A stretch of 49,722 nucleotides of DNA, taken from Rubrivivax sp. (lineage in GTDB: Bacteria; Pseudomonadota; Gammaproteobacteria; Burkholderiales; Burkholderiaceae_C). A program made the translations under genes and the position numbers. Location of the stretch: positions 1 to 49,722 of the forward strand of contig DAORNK010000001.1 in NCBI GenBank assembly GCA_035440985.1, read 5' to 3'. The notes beneath the pieces were generated by a model. The model worked only from the letters and a program-made list of their open reading frames with translations, was not told the origin of the DNA and ran no database searches. Below, one piece after another: positions 9,236 through 19,205 of the stretch (positions are counted from its first letter, which is position 1; the number at the start of each line of letters is the position of its first letter).

Positions 9236-10260
9236 GTCTTGAGCAACTGTGGCGCCTTGCGCAGCGCCGCCCACTGAATGCGGGCGACGCGCCAGCGCCC
9301 GCGCAACAGGTGCCGCAGGCAGACCCAGCCCAGGTAGGCCAGCGCGCTGGCACGGTGGGCGCGGAAGAAGCGGCCGAGCACACGAATGCGGTTCTGTGCC
9401 AACAGGGATTCGGCCATCTCCGAAGCGGGTCGCGCACTGGAGCCGCCCACGCGGTGGTAGACCAGGCTGTCCGGTGCGTAGCCCAGACGGTAGTGGCCGC
9501 GTGCACGCTCGGCCCAGTCCAGTTCTTCGAAGTACAGGAAGTAGTCTTCCTGCATCGGGCCGACCTGGCGCACGAAATCGGCGCTCACCAGCATCGATGC
9601 GCCGACCACGTAGGCCATCTGCGCCTCAACGGCCGCGGGATGGCCGGGCACCCGTGCGGCGGAGTCGCCGAGGCCGATGTGTGCCGTGAGCATGCGCCGA
9701 GGATCCAGCCAGGCGCCCCCCAGGGCCTGCACACGATCCGGCGTGTCGAAGTACAGGAGCGTGGAGCCGACCATGCCGATTCCCGGATCGGCTGCCGCAC
9801 GGCGCAGCAGCGCCGGCAGGGCCTGGTGGTGCACCACGGTGTCGGTGTTGAGCAACCAGAAGTGGCCATAGGCCGGCAGCCCTGCCACGCGCATCCCCAG
9901 GTTGTTGCCTGCGGCAAAGCCCCGGTTCTGGCCCGCGGGCACGATGAACACGCGCACACCGCGCTCTGCTGGCGCTGGCAGGCTGGCCGAGGGTTGCAGC
10001 AACTGGACCGGCACTCGAGGCAGGCCGTGTCCCGAGGCGTAAGCCACACCCGGCCGCCGGCTGGCTTCGGGGGGCGGCACGGGATGCTGGCACCAGGTCA
10101 GGATGTGCGAGACAGAGCCGTCGCTGGAATCGTTGTCCACCACGACAATGTCGAAGTCGTCGGTGGTCATCCCGAGCAGCGAATCGATGCACTGCACACA
10201 CTCGTGCCCATTGTTCCAGTTGACCAGCAGCACCGCGGTGCGGCCTACTCCGCCGCTCAT
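9232..10260 (-). CDS. Glycosyltransferase family 2
   Basis: LVNWN, VVDNDSSDGS, N.GFAAGNN.G, WLLNTD, GASML, YFLYFEELDW. Confidence 0.92.
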   Translation of the reverse strand: MSGGVGRTAVLLVNWNNGHECVQCIDSLLGMTTDDFDIVVVDNDSSDGSVSHILTWCQHPVPPPEASRRPGVAYASGHGLPRVPVQLLQPSASLPAPAERGVRVFIVPAGQNRGFAAGNNLGMRVAGLPAYGHFWLLNTDTVVHHQALPALLRRAAADPGIGMVGSTLLYFDTPDRVQALGGAWLDPRRMLTAHIGLGDSAARVPGHPAAVEAQMAYVVGASMLVSADFVRQVGPMQEDYFLYFEELDWAERARGHYRLGYAPDSLVYHRVGGSSARPASEMAESLLAQNRIRVLGRFFRAHRASALAYLGWVCLRHLLRGRWRVARIQWAALRKAPQLLKT

Positions 10261-11702
10261 GGCGGTTCGGCAGCCCCCGACGCCGTTGGGGGGGCATCCC
10301 GCAACATCATCAGCAGCATCGCCATCAACAGGGCCATTGCCGCGATGCCACGCGGCGATATCCACTCCGGCTGGGTGCCCGAGGTCAGCACGGGCACCAC
10401 GAATGAACCGCACAGGGCGGCCAGCAGCCCGCGGTCACGTGCATCTTGCAGCCGATGGACGCGCCGGGCGGTCAGCATGAATGCCAGGATGAAGGCCACC
10501 GGGACCAGACTGGCCAGCACCCCCATCTTCAGCGGGAAGTACAAGTACGAGTTGTGGATGTAGCGGGTCTCCACCGCGAAGCTGCCCGACGAACTGATGG
10601 TGCGCTTGTAGTCGCCGCCGATGCCCACGCCCGTCAGTGGCCGTTCGGCGATGCGCCGCAGGGCTTCGTTGTTTTCCACGACCCGCCAGTGGAACGAGCC
10701 GCCTGCGCGCAGTTCAGGGACGATGCCCAGCGCACGTTCTTCCAGGGCGTCGACCATGCGCGGGCGCAACAAGGACAGTCCGGCGACCAGGGTTGCGAGC
10801 GCCAGGCCACCGATCAACAGCACACGCGCCGCGCCCACCCAGCCGCGGTGCATGAAAGCCGAGACCAGCAGGCCTGCCGCTGTCGCCACCCACACACCGC
10901 GCCCGAACTGCACCGCCAGTCCCAGCAGCATCAGGCCGATGGCCGGCAACAGCCACCAGAACTGCCTTGGCGCCTCAGCCAGGCGGTTGAGGAAGACGAA
11001 GAGGGCGAACACGACCAGGTAGACGCCGCCGCCAGCGATGCTGCGGGTCACATCGGCGTTGGCCACGTCCAGCGACTCGACACGGGCCTCCGTCATGATG
11101 CGCAGGTCGAACAGCGATTGCACCGACGCGTACAGCGCCACGATGCACCCGAATGCCAGAACCGCTGTCGTGAGACGCCGCAGGCCCACTCTGTCGCCGA
11201 AGAAGGCCAGCGCCAGCGGCAGCACCAGCCAGGCAATAAGTACGCGGGCTTCGGACATGGCGAACTCGTTGCCCGCGACGAACCGTGCGTAGACCAGGGA
11301 AACGGCGCCTGCCGCAGCCAGGTACAGCAGCGCCCAGCGGAAGGGCCCGAGTTCGCGCCAGGCCGTCAGCCGCCCGGCCAGCGCCAGCCGCAGGCCGTAC
11401 AGCGCCGCCAGGTACAGCAGCAGCACGTCATAACCCTGCAACCGGCCCCCGACCAGCGGCACTTGCGGTACGAAAGCCTTGGGGATGACCTCGAACAGCA
11501 AGGCCAGCGCGAACACGAGCCCTGCCCACGGTGCAGCGGCCGACAGCACGAAGGCTGCCGGCGCAACCACGAGGATCACCGTGTAGTACCAGGGGAATAC
11601 GGCCGTGACCAGGCCTAGCAGCACGCCCAGCGCGGCTACGGCCAGCGCAATCCAGACCGCGCCGGCCGGATGGGGAGGTCGATGCTGATGCAGCAGGCTC
11701 AT
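10257..11702 (-). CDS. O-antigen ligase/Wzy-like polysaccharide polymerase
   Basis: Multi-TM protein with RG.W motif and a periplasmic loop S..WR...P..GVG.GG...HNSYL. Lies next to the flippase. Confidence 0.8.
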   Translation of the reverse strand: MSLLHQHRPPHPAGAVWIALAVAALGVLLGLVTAVFPWYYTVILVVAPAAFVLSAAAPWAGLVFALALLFEVIPKAFVPQVPLVGGRLQGYDVLLLYLAALYGLRLALAGRLTAWRELGPFRWALLYLAAAGAVSLVYARFVAGNEFAMSEARVLIAWLVLPLALAFFGDRVGLRRLTTAVLAFGCIVALYASVQSLFDLRIMTEARVESLDVANADVTRSIAGGGVYLVVFALFVFLNRLAEAPRQFWWLLPAIGLMLLGLAVQFGRGVWVATAAGLLVSAFMHRGWVGAARVLLIGGLALATLVAGLSLLRPRMVDALEERALGIVPELRAGGSFHWRVVENNEALRRIAERPLTGVGIGGDYKRTISSSGSFAVETRYIHNSYLYFPLKMGVLASLVPVAFILAFMLTARRVHRLQDARDRGLLAALCGSFVVPVLTSGTQPEWISPRGIAAMALLMAMLLMMLRDAPPTASGAAEPP

Positions 11703-13222
11703 GGCCGAATCGGGCCGTCGGCACGGCCGAGGGCGCTGCGCAAATGGTGGCGTTCCTGCGCCGTAAGCAGGTGGCGCCAGGCCAGCGTGCCGAACAGACC
11801 CAGGCCCACCATCGTGTAGGCCAGCGCCGCCGGGCCCGTCTGCGGCAGCAGGCCGCCGGCGAGCAGGGCCATGGCCCCTGCAGCCCAGCGCAGCGCGCTC
11901 CCTAGCTTCGCGGGGCGCCGGGCCACGCCTCGCCAGGCCAGCACGAAGACGGCCAGTGCGTCAACGCCCAGGCGCAGACCGGCCGCCACCGCAGCGCCCA
12001 GCACGCCCCATCGTGCCGACAGGGCCCAGAACAGGCCGCAGAAGAGCGGCAACTCGGCCAGGTGCAGCAGGGCCATCCACTTGGGGTCGCCACGGGCCTG
12101 GATCAGCGTGGCCGGCCCCTGCGCCAGAGCGTTGAGCAGCATGCCGAGCGCCAGTACGCGAAGCACGGCGCTGCTGCCAGCGGCCATCTCCGCGCCCAGC
12201 CAGAGCCTGAGCATGGGCTCGCTCAGAGCCCAGAAAGCCAGCGTCAACGGAAAGCTCAGCACGAACAGGGCGCGCGTGGTGGCGCCGAGCAGGCGCGCAG
12301 CGGCTTCCGACCGCACGGCCACACCGGCGGCGAGCGGGAACAGCGTGCTGGTCAGCGAGTAGGGCAGCATCATGGTGCGTGACAGCAGATCGTACGGTGT
12401 GGTGTACAGCGCCACGGCTTTCACCGGCACGATGGCTGCCAGCAGCAGACGGTCCAGATACGTCAGCAGAGGGCCAACCAGGCTGGAAACGCTCATCCAG
12501 CCGCCCACGGCCAGGAGTTCGTGGCTGAGCGCGCGATCCGGCCACTGGATCCAGGGTGCAGCGCCGCGGTGGCGCGCCGCCAGGCGCGCGTAGGCGGCAT
12601 TGGCCAGCACGCGCATGGCCACGATGGCGGCCACCACGCTGTCCAGCCGCGGCCACGCCAGCGCCACCAGCAGCGGCCCCGCGAACGTGGCCGCGCCGAT
12701 GAACAGGCGCACGAGGTTGATCTCGCGGAAGCGCTGGTGGGCGCTGAGCACCCCCACGTGGCCTCCGCTGGCCATCACGAACGGCAGCGAGGCGGCCAGC
12801 AGCCAAAGCGCCTGCACCGCCTCCGTCCGCAGCGCCGGGCTGAGCTGGAACACCGCATGGGCCAGCCAGTGGCTCGTGGCGGCCAGCAGCAGCGCCAGTG
12901 CCAGGCCCAAGGCGCGCAGGTAGACCATGGCCGTAGCCGTCAGTGCGTGCGAGCCGGCCATGTCGGCCAAGGCCAGGCGCTGTGCCACGGCGCGTGTCAG
13001 TGCGCGGCCGATGCCGAAGTCGAACAAGCTGGCGTAGCCCACCAGGGCCCAGGCCAGCGACAGGAAGCCGAAGCGTTCCAGGCCCAGCAGGTGGATCAGC
13101 ATCGGCACGGCGACCAGCGCCACACCCAGTGGCAGTACCTGACCGGCCAGATTCCACCCCGTGTGGCGGGCCAGGGCCCCGATGCCCGGGGCCGCAGCGG
13201 TCGGATTCGGCACGCGGCTCAA
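11699..13222 (-). CDS. Wzx-type flippase
   Basis: WNLAGQVLP, LG.ERFG, DFGIGRA, YLDRLL; many TM segments. TTG start overlaps the epsI stop. Confidence 0.9.
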   Translation of the reverse strand: MSRVPNPTAAAPGIGALARHTGWNLAGQVLPLGVALVAVPMLIHLLGLERFGFLSLAWALVGYASLFDFGIGRALTRAVAQRLALADMAGSHALTATAMVYLRALGLALALLLAATSHWLAHAVFQLSPALRTEAVQALWLLAASLPFVMASGGHVGVLSAHQRFREINLVRLFIGAATFAGPLLVALAWPRLDSVVAAIVAMRVLANAAYARLAARHRGAAPWIQWPDRALSHELLAVGGWMSVSSLVGPLLTYLDRLLLAAIVPVKAVALYTTPYDLLSRTMMLPYSLTSTLFPLAAGVAVRSEAAARLLGATTRALFVLSFPLTLAFWALSEPMLRLWLGAEMAAGSSAVLRVLALGMLLNALAQGPATLIQARGDPKWMALLHLAELPLFCGLFWALSARWGVLGAAVAAGLRLGVDALAVFVLAWRGVARRPAKLGSALRWAAGAMALLAGGLLPQTGPAALAYTMVGLGLFGTLAWRHLLTAQERHHLRSALGRADGPIRP

Positions 13223-13908
13223 TCGCGGTGCACCTGACCGAAGACGCGTCTGCGCTGCTGGGGCGCCAAGGCCTGCGCCAGCGCCAGCGTGAACGACTGC
13301 TGCAAGGCAAAGGCCTGCTCGGTGTTGCTGTCGATGCTGGAAATGCGCACCAGCATGCCGTCGGGCACCAGGCCGCGATAGCCGTAGGCCAATTGCGCCA
13401 GCTTCTGTTCGGTGCCGGTGAGCGTGACACGGTCACCCACGACGATCCAGTACGACAGCGGCTCGACGCGGCCGCCTGCGCGGGTGACCAGCTGCCGCAC
13501 GGGCTGCGCCCAGCCACCGCCACTGAAGCGGCCGTTTTGCGCGGACAGCACCTGGAAACCCTGCGCCGGGTAGCAGACCTCGGGGCGGTGGGCACGCGTG
13601 GCATCGGACTGGTCACCGCCATAGGCCACTGACAACATGATGCGCTCGCCGCGGCTGTTGACGTAGGTGCGACTGAGCGTCTGGGCGTAGATGGCATTGA
13701 TGACGGCGGCCTGATCGGGTGAGACCAACTGGACTGGCAGGCGTTCATCCACCGCCCAGTCACCGAAACGACGGGGGAAGAGGCTGGTCAGGTCCATCGG
13801 GGGTAGTGTGTCGGCCAGGCGCACGGTGGGGCGCCAGGCGGTGGCGCCGGCGAACGCGGCGATCATCAGGGCCAGAGCCAGCAACGCCTGCCAGCGCAGG
13901 GTGTTCAT
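13219..13908 (-). CDS. epsI: Exosortase-associated protein EpsI (B-type)
   Basis: P.RFGDW, IY.QTLSRTY, IMLSVAYG.DQ, HRPEVCYPAQGF, PDGMLVRISS. Directly follows the exosortase. Confidence 0.92.
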   Translation of the reverse strand: MNTLRWQALLALALMIAAFAGATAWRPTVRLADTLPPMDLTSLFPRRFGDWAVDERLPVQLVSPDQAAVINAIYAQTLSRTYVNSRGERIMLSVAYGGDQSDATRAHRPEVCYPAQGFQVLSAQNGRFSGGGWAQPVRQLVTRAGGRVEPLSYWIVVGDRVTLTGTEQKLAQLAYGYRGLVPDGMLVRISSIDSNTEQAFALQQSFTLALAQALAPQQRRRVFGQVHRD

Positions 13909-14783
13909 CACGCCTGACCGCGTTGGGCGGGCAGGAAGCGGCCCAGCAACTGGTCCACGGCCAGCATCATCACCAGGGCCACGAGAAACAGCACCAGGCC
14001 GGCGAATCCATGGACGAAGCCTTGTCCGGCGGCATCGCCCAGGTGGTAGGTGACCAGCACCAGGATCATCACGCGCACGATGTTGGCGGCAAAGGCGATG
14101 GGGATGAGGAGTACGGCCAGCGTGGCGTTGCGTGCCAGGCTGGTGTAGTGCATCAGGTTCATGTACAGCAGGCCCAGCGCCTCCAGTGTGAACATGCTGT
14201 TGAGGCCGGCGCAGGCATCCGCCACCAGCAACTGGTAAGGCCCCACCGTGAGGATCACGCCCGAGCGGCCGACCGGGTAGCCCAGGCTGTACAGCAACTG
14301 CGTGGCCACGGCGGAGACGGCACTCTTGAGCGGGGCGGTGACCGCTGCCACCAGTGCTTCGGGCAACGGGATCATGAAGATCATGAAGAACAGGGGAAAG
14401 AACGCCACGCGCAGGGCCCCGCTGCCGCAGAACACCAGCAGCAGGCCGGCCAGCACCAGGATCTGCGAACCGGTCTGGAACATGATGATCTGCTGGCTGC
14501 TGCCGAAGGCGTACACCAGCAGCCCCAGCAGCAGCAGGGGCCAGCCGGCCAGCGGACGCACGGGTCCGGCCGCCGCCGCGATCTCGTGCCTTCGCGAGAA
14601 CAACAGCCACAGGCTCACCGCCAGGATGATGGGGCCGTGGCCCTGCTCGTCGGTGGCCCAGATCGTGCGGGCCAGTTCGGCATAGGTGGGGCCGTATAGC
14701 AGGGCCAGGCCGAAGGCCAGCAATGTGAACGCCGGCAGGTCCAGGCCCGCGGGACGCAGGGGCGGACGCGCGGTGGACGTCAT
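13908..14783 (-). CDS. xrtB: Exosortase B (EpsH)
   Basis: EQGHGP, catalytic VADACAGL (Cys), ANIVRV (Arg), FVHGFAG (His); multi-TM; epsG-epsH-epsI order. Confidence 0.93.
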   Translation of the reverse strand: MTSTARPPLRPAGLDLPAFTLLAFGLALLYGPTYAELARTIWATDEQGHGPIILAVSLWLLFSRRHEIAAAAGPVRPLAGWPLLLLGLLVYAFGSSQQIIMFQTGSQILVLAGLLLVFCGSGALRVAFFPLFFMIFMIPLPEALVAAVTAPLKSAVSAVATQLLYSLGYPVGRSGVILTVGPYQLLVADACAGLNSMFTLEALGLLYMNLMHYTSLARNATLAVLLIPIAFAANIVRVMILVLVTYHLGDAAGQGFVHGFAGLVLFLVALVMMLAVDQLLGRFLPAQRGQA

Positions 14784-14787
14784 CGCG

Positions 14788-15738
14788 CTAGAACTCGTTG
14801 AGCACCACACCTGCCAGCTTGGCCGGGCTGCCGGCGAAGCTGGCCACCATCTCCTGCAACATGGCCACGCGGCTGGCGTGGCGGCGGGCCACCAGCAGCG
14901 CCATCCCGCAGCGCGCGGCGATCACCGCCGCATCGGCGCCCAGCACGGCGGCCGGCGTGTCGACCACCACATGGTCGAACTTGGACACCAGCTCGCGCAT
15001 CAGCAGGCCGAAGGCCGGGCGCTCGACGAGTTCCAGTGGGTTGGGTGGGGTCGTGCCCACCGGCAGGATGAACAGGCTGGGCACGACGGCCACCTGGCGG
15101 ATCACACCCTTGTCCGCACGGCCGCTCAGGATGCTGGATAGGCCGCTGCGGTTGCCGAGCTGGAAGACTTCGTGCAGCCGCGGGCCACGCATGTCGGCGT
15201 CGACCAGCAGCGTTCGCCCGCCCAACTGGGCCAGCGTGACGGCCAGGTTGGCGGCGCAGTAGGTCTTGCCGTCGCCGATGTCCGGGCTGACGACCGCCAG
15301 CGCGTGGTGGGCCTGAGCCTCGCCAAAGACGCGCATCATCAGCTGGCTGCGCAGGGCGCGGAAGTGTTCGGCGCGCGCACCGAAGGGTTCGTTGAGCGTC
15401 ACCAGTTCGCCATCGAGCGTGCGCTGCTCTTGCGGCGTGTAGGGGTAGTGGAATTGCTGGGCCAGCGCGAAGAGGACATCCTCCTTGCTCGCCAGGCCCA
15501 GGGCGACGGCGGCTTCGCCGAAGCGCACGCCGGTCTCGCGCTGGCGCTGCAGGACGCGCTCGACCTGTTCGGCCGTGAGGTTGCGCAGCTCCGCAATGAT
15601 GTCGCCGATGTTGCGCTCAGGTTGCACGCTGGCCGTATCGGCCAGCGACGGTGGCACGGCCTTGGGCCGCGCAGGCTGCGCTGGCGCGGTGCCATCCAGC
15701 GCTGCGGGTTCGGGTGCAGAGTCGCGGAACTTGGCCAT
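14788..15738 (-). CDS. epsG: Chain length determinant tyrosine kinase EpsG
   Basis: RFGEAAV.LG, QQFHYPY, E.FRALRSQL, Walker A SPDIGDGKT, LLVDADMR, PPNPLEL, VVVDTP. Confidence 0.92.
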   Translation of the reverse strand: MAKFRDSAPEPAALDGTAPAQPARPKAVPPSLADTASVQPERNIGDIIAELRNLTAEQVERVLQRQRETGVRFGEAAVALGLASKEDVLFALAQQFHYPYTPQEQRTLDGELVTLNEPFGARAEHFRALRSQLMMRVFGEAQAHHALAVVSPDIGDGKTYCAANLAVTLAQLGGRTLLVDADMRGPRLHEVFQLGNRSGLSSILSGRADKGVIRQVAVVPSLFILPVGTTPPNPLELVERPAFGLLMRELVSKFDHVVVDTPAAVLGADAAVIAARCGMALLVARRHASRVAMLQEMVASFAGSPAKLAGVVLNEF

Positions 15739-15742
15739 CGCT

Positions 15743-17179
15743 TCAGTTGCCCTGGGCGCGGGTCGGCTGGGGCAACGGCGCCAGCACACGCTGCTGCAGC
15801 AGCGGCATGGTGCCACCGCCCCGTCGCAGGCGCGAGCCCGGTTTGGGCATCCGGCCGAGTACCGGCAAGCCGAGTGCCAGCACCAGATCGTCCGCCGTGC
15901 GCACGCGTCGGTCGCGCAGTTCCAGCAGCAGGGCCAGCCCCACGGCCAGCAGCGAGCCGACGATGAACGCGAGGACCAGATTGAGCACGACACGCGGCGA
16001 TGACGGCTCGATCGGCGGCGAGGCCTTGGTCAGCAGGTTGATGTTGCTCTGCGTGCTCTGACTTTCCAGGCTCGTCTGGGTGAAGCGCTGCAGCAGCACG
16101 TCGTAGGCGCGCTGGGCGTTTTCGACGTCGCGCATCAGCACCAGACCTTCATCGCGCACGGCCTTCATGCGCAGCACCTTCGTGCGCTGCTCTTCCAGTG
16201 CACGGCGGATCTCGCCTTCGCGCTGGCGATTGATGGTGTTGGCCACGCCGACGCTGCCGGTGACCTTGCGCGTTTCGGCCTCCAGCCGCGCGCGCTGGTC
16301 GGCCAGGCTGGCCTTGAGCTCCTGCACCTGCGGGTGGGCATCGCCCAGCCGGGTGGACAACTGCTGCAGCTGCGCCTCGTTGCGGTTGATATCGGCCTTC
16401 AGCTGCCCGACGATGCCGTTGTTGAGCACCTCCTGCAGCCGATCGGCCTGCGCGCCTTGGGCCTGGGTCTGCCGGCTGGCCGACTCGGCCGAAAGTGCCT
16501 GCACCGCGGTGTACTGCGAGGACAGCTCGTTGAGGCGCGCGTTTTCGACGTCCAGCCGTTCGTCGGTGGCGATGATACCGGCGTCCTTCTGGAAGGCGCT
16601 GACCCGGCTCTGGGCCTTTTCGAGCGCTTCACGGGCTTCCTTGGAACGCGTCTCGAAGAAGGTGGAATACAGCTTGGCCGGGTCGGTGCGCAGGTCCAGT
16701 GACGTGTCGATGTAGGCCTGGGCGAACGCATTGGCCAGCCCGGCGGCAAAGCGGGGGTCCGGCGCCTTGTAGCTGATGCTGATGACGCTGCTTTCGCGCG
16801 ATGGCACGACGTCCATCTGGCGCGCGAACACACCACCCAACCAGGCTTCGATGCTGCCCTGACCACGGGTTTCGTCCTGCCATTGCTGGCGGACCTGGGG
16901 GTTCTCGTTGAGCTTGAGGTTGCGCACCACGCGCTGCGCCACCCGTTCGCTGCGAATGATGTCGACCTGGGTGGCCATGTAGGCCGGTGAAGCACCGCCG
17001 CCAAAGGCGAAGGCCGATATCGGATCAGGCTTGAAGTCGACCACCACGCTGGCCGTGGCGGTGTACTGGCGCGCCACCAGCAGGCTCGCACCGATGGTGC
17101 TGGCCAAGGTCAGCAGGAGCACCAGCAGCGCCAGCCACCAGCGCGCGCGCAGGATGGAGAGGAACTGGCCGAAGCTCAT
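15743..17179 (-). CDS. epsF: Chain length determinant protein EpsF (Wzc periplasmic part)
   Basis: QFLSILRARW, Y.ATASVVVD, YMATQVDII.S.RVA, RESSVI, DERLDVENARL.ELS, two TM helices. Confidence 0.92.
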   Translation of the reverse strand: MSFGQFLSILRARWWLALLVLLLTLASTIGASLLVARQYTATASVVVDFKPDPISAFAFGGGASPAYMATQVDIIRSERVAQRVVRNLKLNENPQVRQQWQDETRGQGSIEAWLGGVFARQMDVVPSRESSVISISYKAPDPRFAAGLANAFAQAYIDTSLDLRTDPAKLYSTFFETRSKEAREALEKAQSRVSAFQKDAGIIATDERLDVENARLNELSSQYTAVQALSAESASRQTQAQGAQADRLQEVLNNGIVGQLKADINRNEAQLQQLSTRLGDAHPQVQELKASLADQRARLEAETRKVTGSVGVANTINRQREGEIRRALEEQRTKVLRMKAVRDEGLVLMRDVENAQRAYDVLLQRFTQTSLESQSTQSNINLLTKASPPIEPSSPRVVLNLVLAFIVGSLLAVGLALLLELRDRRVRTADDLVLALGLPVLGRMPKPGSRLRRGGGTMPLLQQRVLAPLPQPTRAQGN

Positions 17180-17203
17180 CGCGAAGTCCTCCGCCGTGCG
17201 CGC

Positions 17204-18028
17204 CTAGAACAGGCTTTCACGCACGAACACCACGTCACCTTCGCGCAGCTTTTCGTCCATCCTGGTTTCCACTGCCTGGACGGCGCCGTTGCTGCCCCTG
17301 CGGTGCACACGAATGCCCTTTTCCGTGCCACGCGGCGTCAGGCCGCCGCCCGTGGCCAGCGCCTGCATCAGCGTCAAGTCGCGTTCCAGCCGCATCGGGC
17401 CGGGTCGCTGCACCTCGCCGTAGATGTAGACCACGGGCTGGCGGTCCACCCAGACGGCGTCGCCGTTGAGCAGCACGATGTCCTTCTCGCGCCCGCCTGG
17501 GGCGAAGACGGCGGGCAGGTCGACTTCCACGCGGAAAGGCTGGCCGTTGCGCGTGCCGCTGATCACGACCATGTCGGCACCGCCCGGTGCGGTACCGCCG
17601 GCCATGGCGAGCACGTCGGTGAGCCGCGTGTCGGCGAGTTCCAGCGGGTAGCGGCCGGGCCGGTTGACTTGGCCCAGCACGCTGACCTGATTGCCGCGAA
17701 CCTGCAGCACGACCACGGTGACCTGCGGGCTCTTGACGAAGTTGCCGTTGCGCAGGCCATCGGCGATCAGTCTCTCGGCGGCCGTGACGGACAGCCCGCC
17801 CAGGCGAAGAGTGCCCAGCAGAGGGTAGGACACGACACCGGCTTCGGTCAGGCGCGATTCCAGCGTGAGATCGGGGTTCTGGAACACGCTGACCCGGATG
17901 ACGTCGCCCGCGCCCAGCCGGTACTCCTGGGGCGTGACGCTGGCGCCTTGTGGCTGAGCCAGCGCGGGCTGGCACAGCAGCAGCATGGCTGTCAGCAGCG
18001 CCACCACTATCGCCAGGGCGCCCTTCAC
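17204..18028 (-). CDS. epsE: Polysaccharide export protein EpsE (Wza-like)
   Basis: YRLGAGD...VFQNPDL, PLLG, VSVLGQVNRPGRYPL, YIYGEVQRPG, C-terminal ESLF. Confidence 0.93.
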   Translation of the reverse strand: MKGALAIVVALLTAMLLLCQPALAQPQGASVTPQEYRLGAGDVIRVSVFQNPDLTLESRLTEAGVVSYPLLGTLRLGGLSVTAAERLIADGLRNGNFVKSPQVTVVVLQVRGNQVSVLGQVNRPGRYPLELADTRLTDVLAMAGGTAPGGADMVVISGTRNGQPFRVEVDLPAVFAPGGREKDIVLLNGDAVWVDRQPVVYIYGEVQRPGPMRLERDLTLMQALATGGGLTPRGTEKGIRVHRRGSNGAVQAVETRMDEKLREGDVVFVRESLF

Positions 18029-18981
18029 TTGATGCCCATGCCCTTGCTGATGTCGGTGGCGCTCAGGCCTGCGCTGGCAGCCGAGGCGGGCGACTCGGCT
18101 GGCGCCGCGGCGCCGGCGCCATCGGCGAACTTGCCGACGTACTCGACCTTGGCCGCACCGCGCAGTGCCTTGCGGTCGTCCTCGATCAGCTTGCGTTTGC
18201 GTTCGTTCAGAAGGTAGGTCTCGATGGCCGGACGTGCCTGCTCTTCGCTGACCGGCTGGCTGCGCGAACCAGCCAGCACCACCACCTGCACGCCGTTGGT
18301 GGCCGGTACCAGGGCGGCCTGCCCGTCCTGCATGCGCGCAAAGGCATCCAGGCTGTTCAGCGGCAGTTGCTCGGCGGCGCGCACGGCCTGGTTGCCGGCG
18401 AAGCGGTAGCCGGCGCCCTTGAGAAACTCAAGGAATTCGTTGATGTTCTTGGCTGCGGCCAGTTTCTCGCGCAGTTCGGGCAGCTGTTCGGGCTTGGCCT
18501 CGATGGCGATTTCCTGGATGCTGTAGATGCGACGGTCCTTGAACAGCGCAGGCTTTTCGTCGTAGTACTTGCGGATCTCCTCGGGCGTGGGCTTCGCGGC
18601 GGCTTCGCCGACCTTTTCGAAGTAGGCGCGCGCCAGGATCTCGCGCCGCGCCGCTTCCATCTGCTGAACCACGCGCGGGTCGCGGTCGAGCTTGTGCTCG
18701 TCGGCCTTCTGGACGGCCAGTTCCTGGTCGATCAGGCGTTCCAGGATCTGCTTGCTGGCGCCTTCGGCCTGTTCGGGGCGCAGATTGCGCTGCTGTTGCA
18801 GCACGAAGTTGATCTGGTGGACGGTGATTTCTTCCTTGTTGACACGCGCAGCGGTCTGGCTGGCGACCTTGTCCTTGCCGCCGCAACCGCTCAGCAAGAG
18901 CATGCCGGCCACGGCGGCTGCGGTGGCCAGCGTCGACCAGCGGCGCGCACGGCGAAGGGCGATGGGCATCGTGACGGTCAT
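18025..18981 (-). CDS. epsD: EpsD family peptidyl-prolyl cis-trans isomerase-like lipoprotein
   Basis: Lipobox LSGC, SQTAARVN.EEITVHQIN, LERLIDQEL, LDRDP.V; GAGGA RBS upstream of ATG 18981. Confidence 0.9.
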   Translation of the reverse strand: MTVTMPIALRRARRWSTLATAAAVAGMLLLSGCGGKDKVASQTAARVNKEEITVHQINFVLQQQRNLRPEQAEGASKQILERLIDQELAVQKADEHKLDRDPRVVQQMEAARREILARAYFEKVGEAAAKPTPEEIRKYYDEKPALFKDRRIYSIQEIAIEAKPEQLPELREKLAAAKNINEFLEFLKGAGYRFAGNQAVRAAEQLPLNSLDAFARMQDGQAALVPATNGVQVVVLAGSRSQPVSEEQARPAIETYLLNERKRKLIEDDRKALRGAAKVEYVGKFADGAGAAAPAESPASAASAGLSATDISKGMGIK

Positions 18982-19205
18982 GAGTGGATTCCTCGGAACT
19001 GGAGTGCCTGGGGTCGACCGCGCGCGGTGCCGGCTGCGGCCAGGCTGAAGGCAAACCCCGGGCCCGCACGAAGGCAGGCAGTGTAACCGCAGCCCCCTGG
19101 GAATCCGCACCATCGCGCCCCCCACAGATTGGGTGCGCCGGGACCTGTTTCACCTCGGTGAGTGCCGCTTTCCGGTGCGGATCGGCGCGATGGAAACAGG
19201 CTGTT

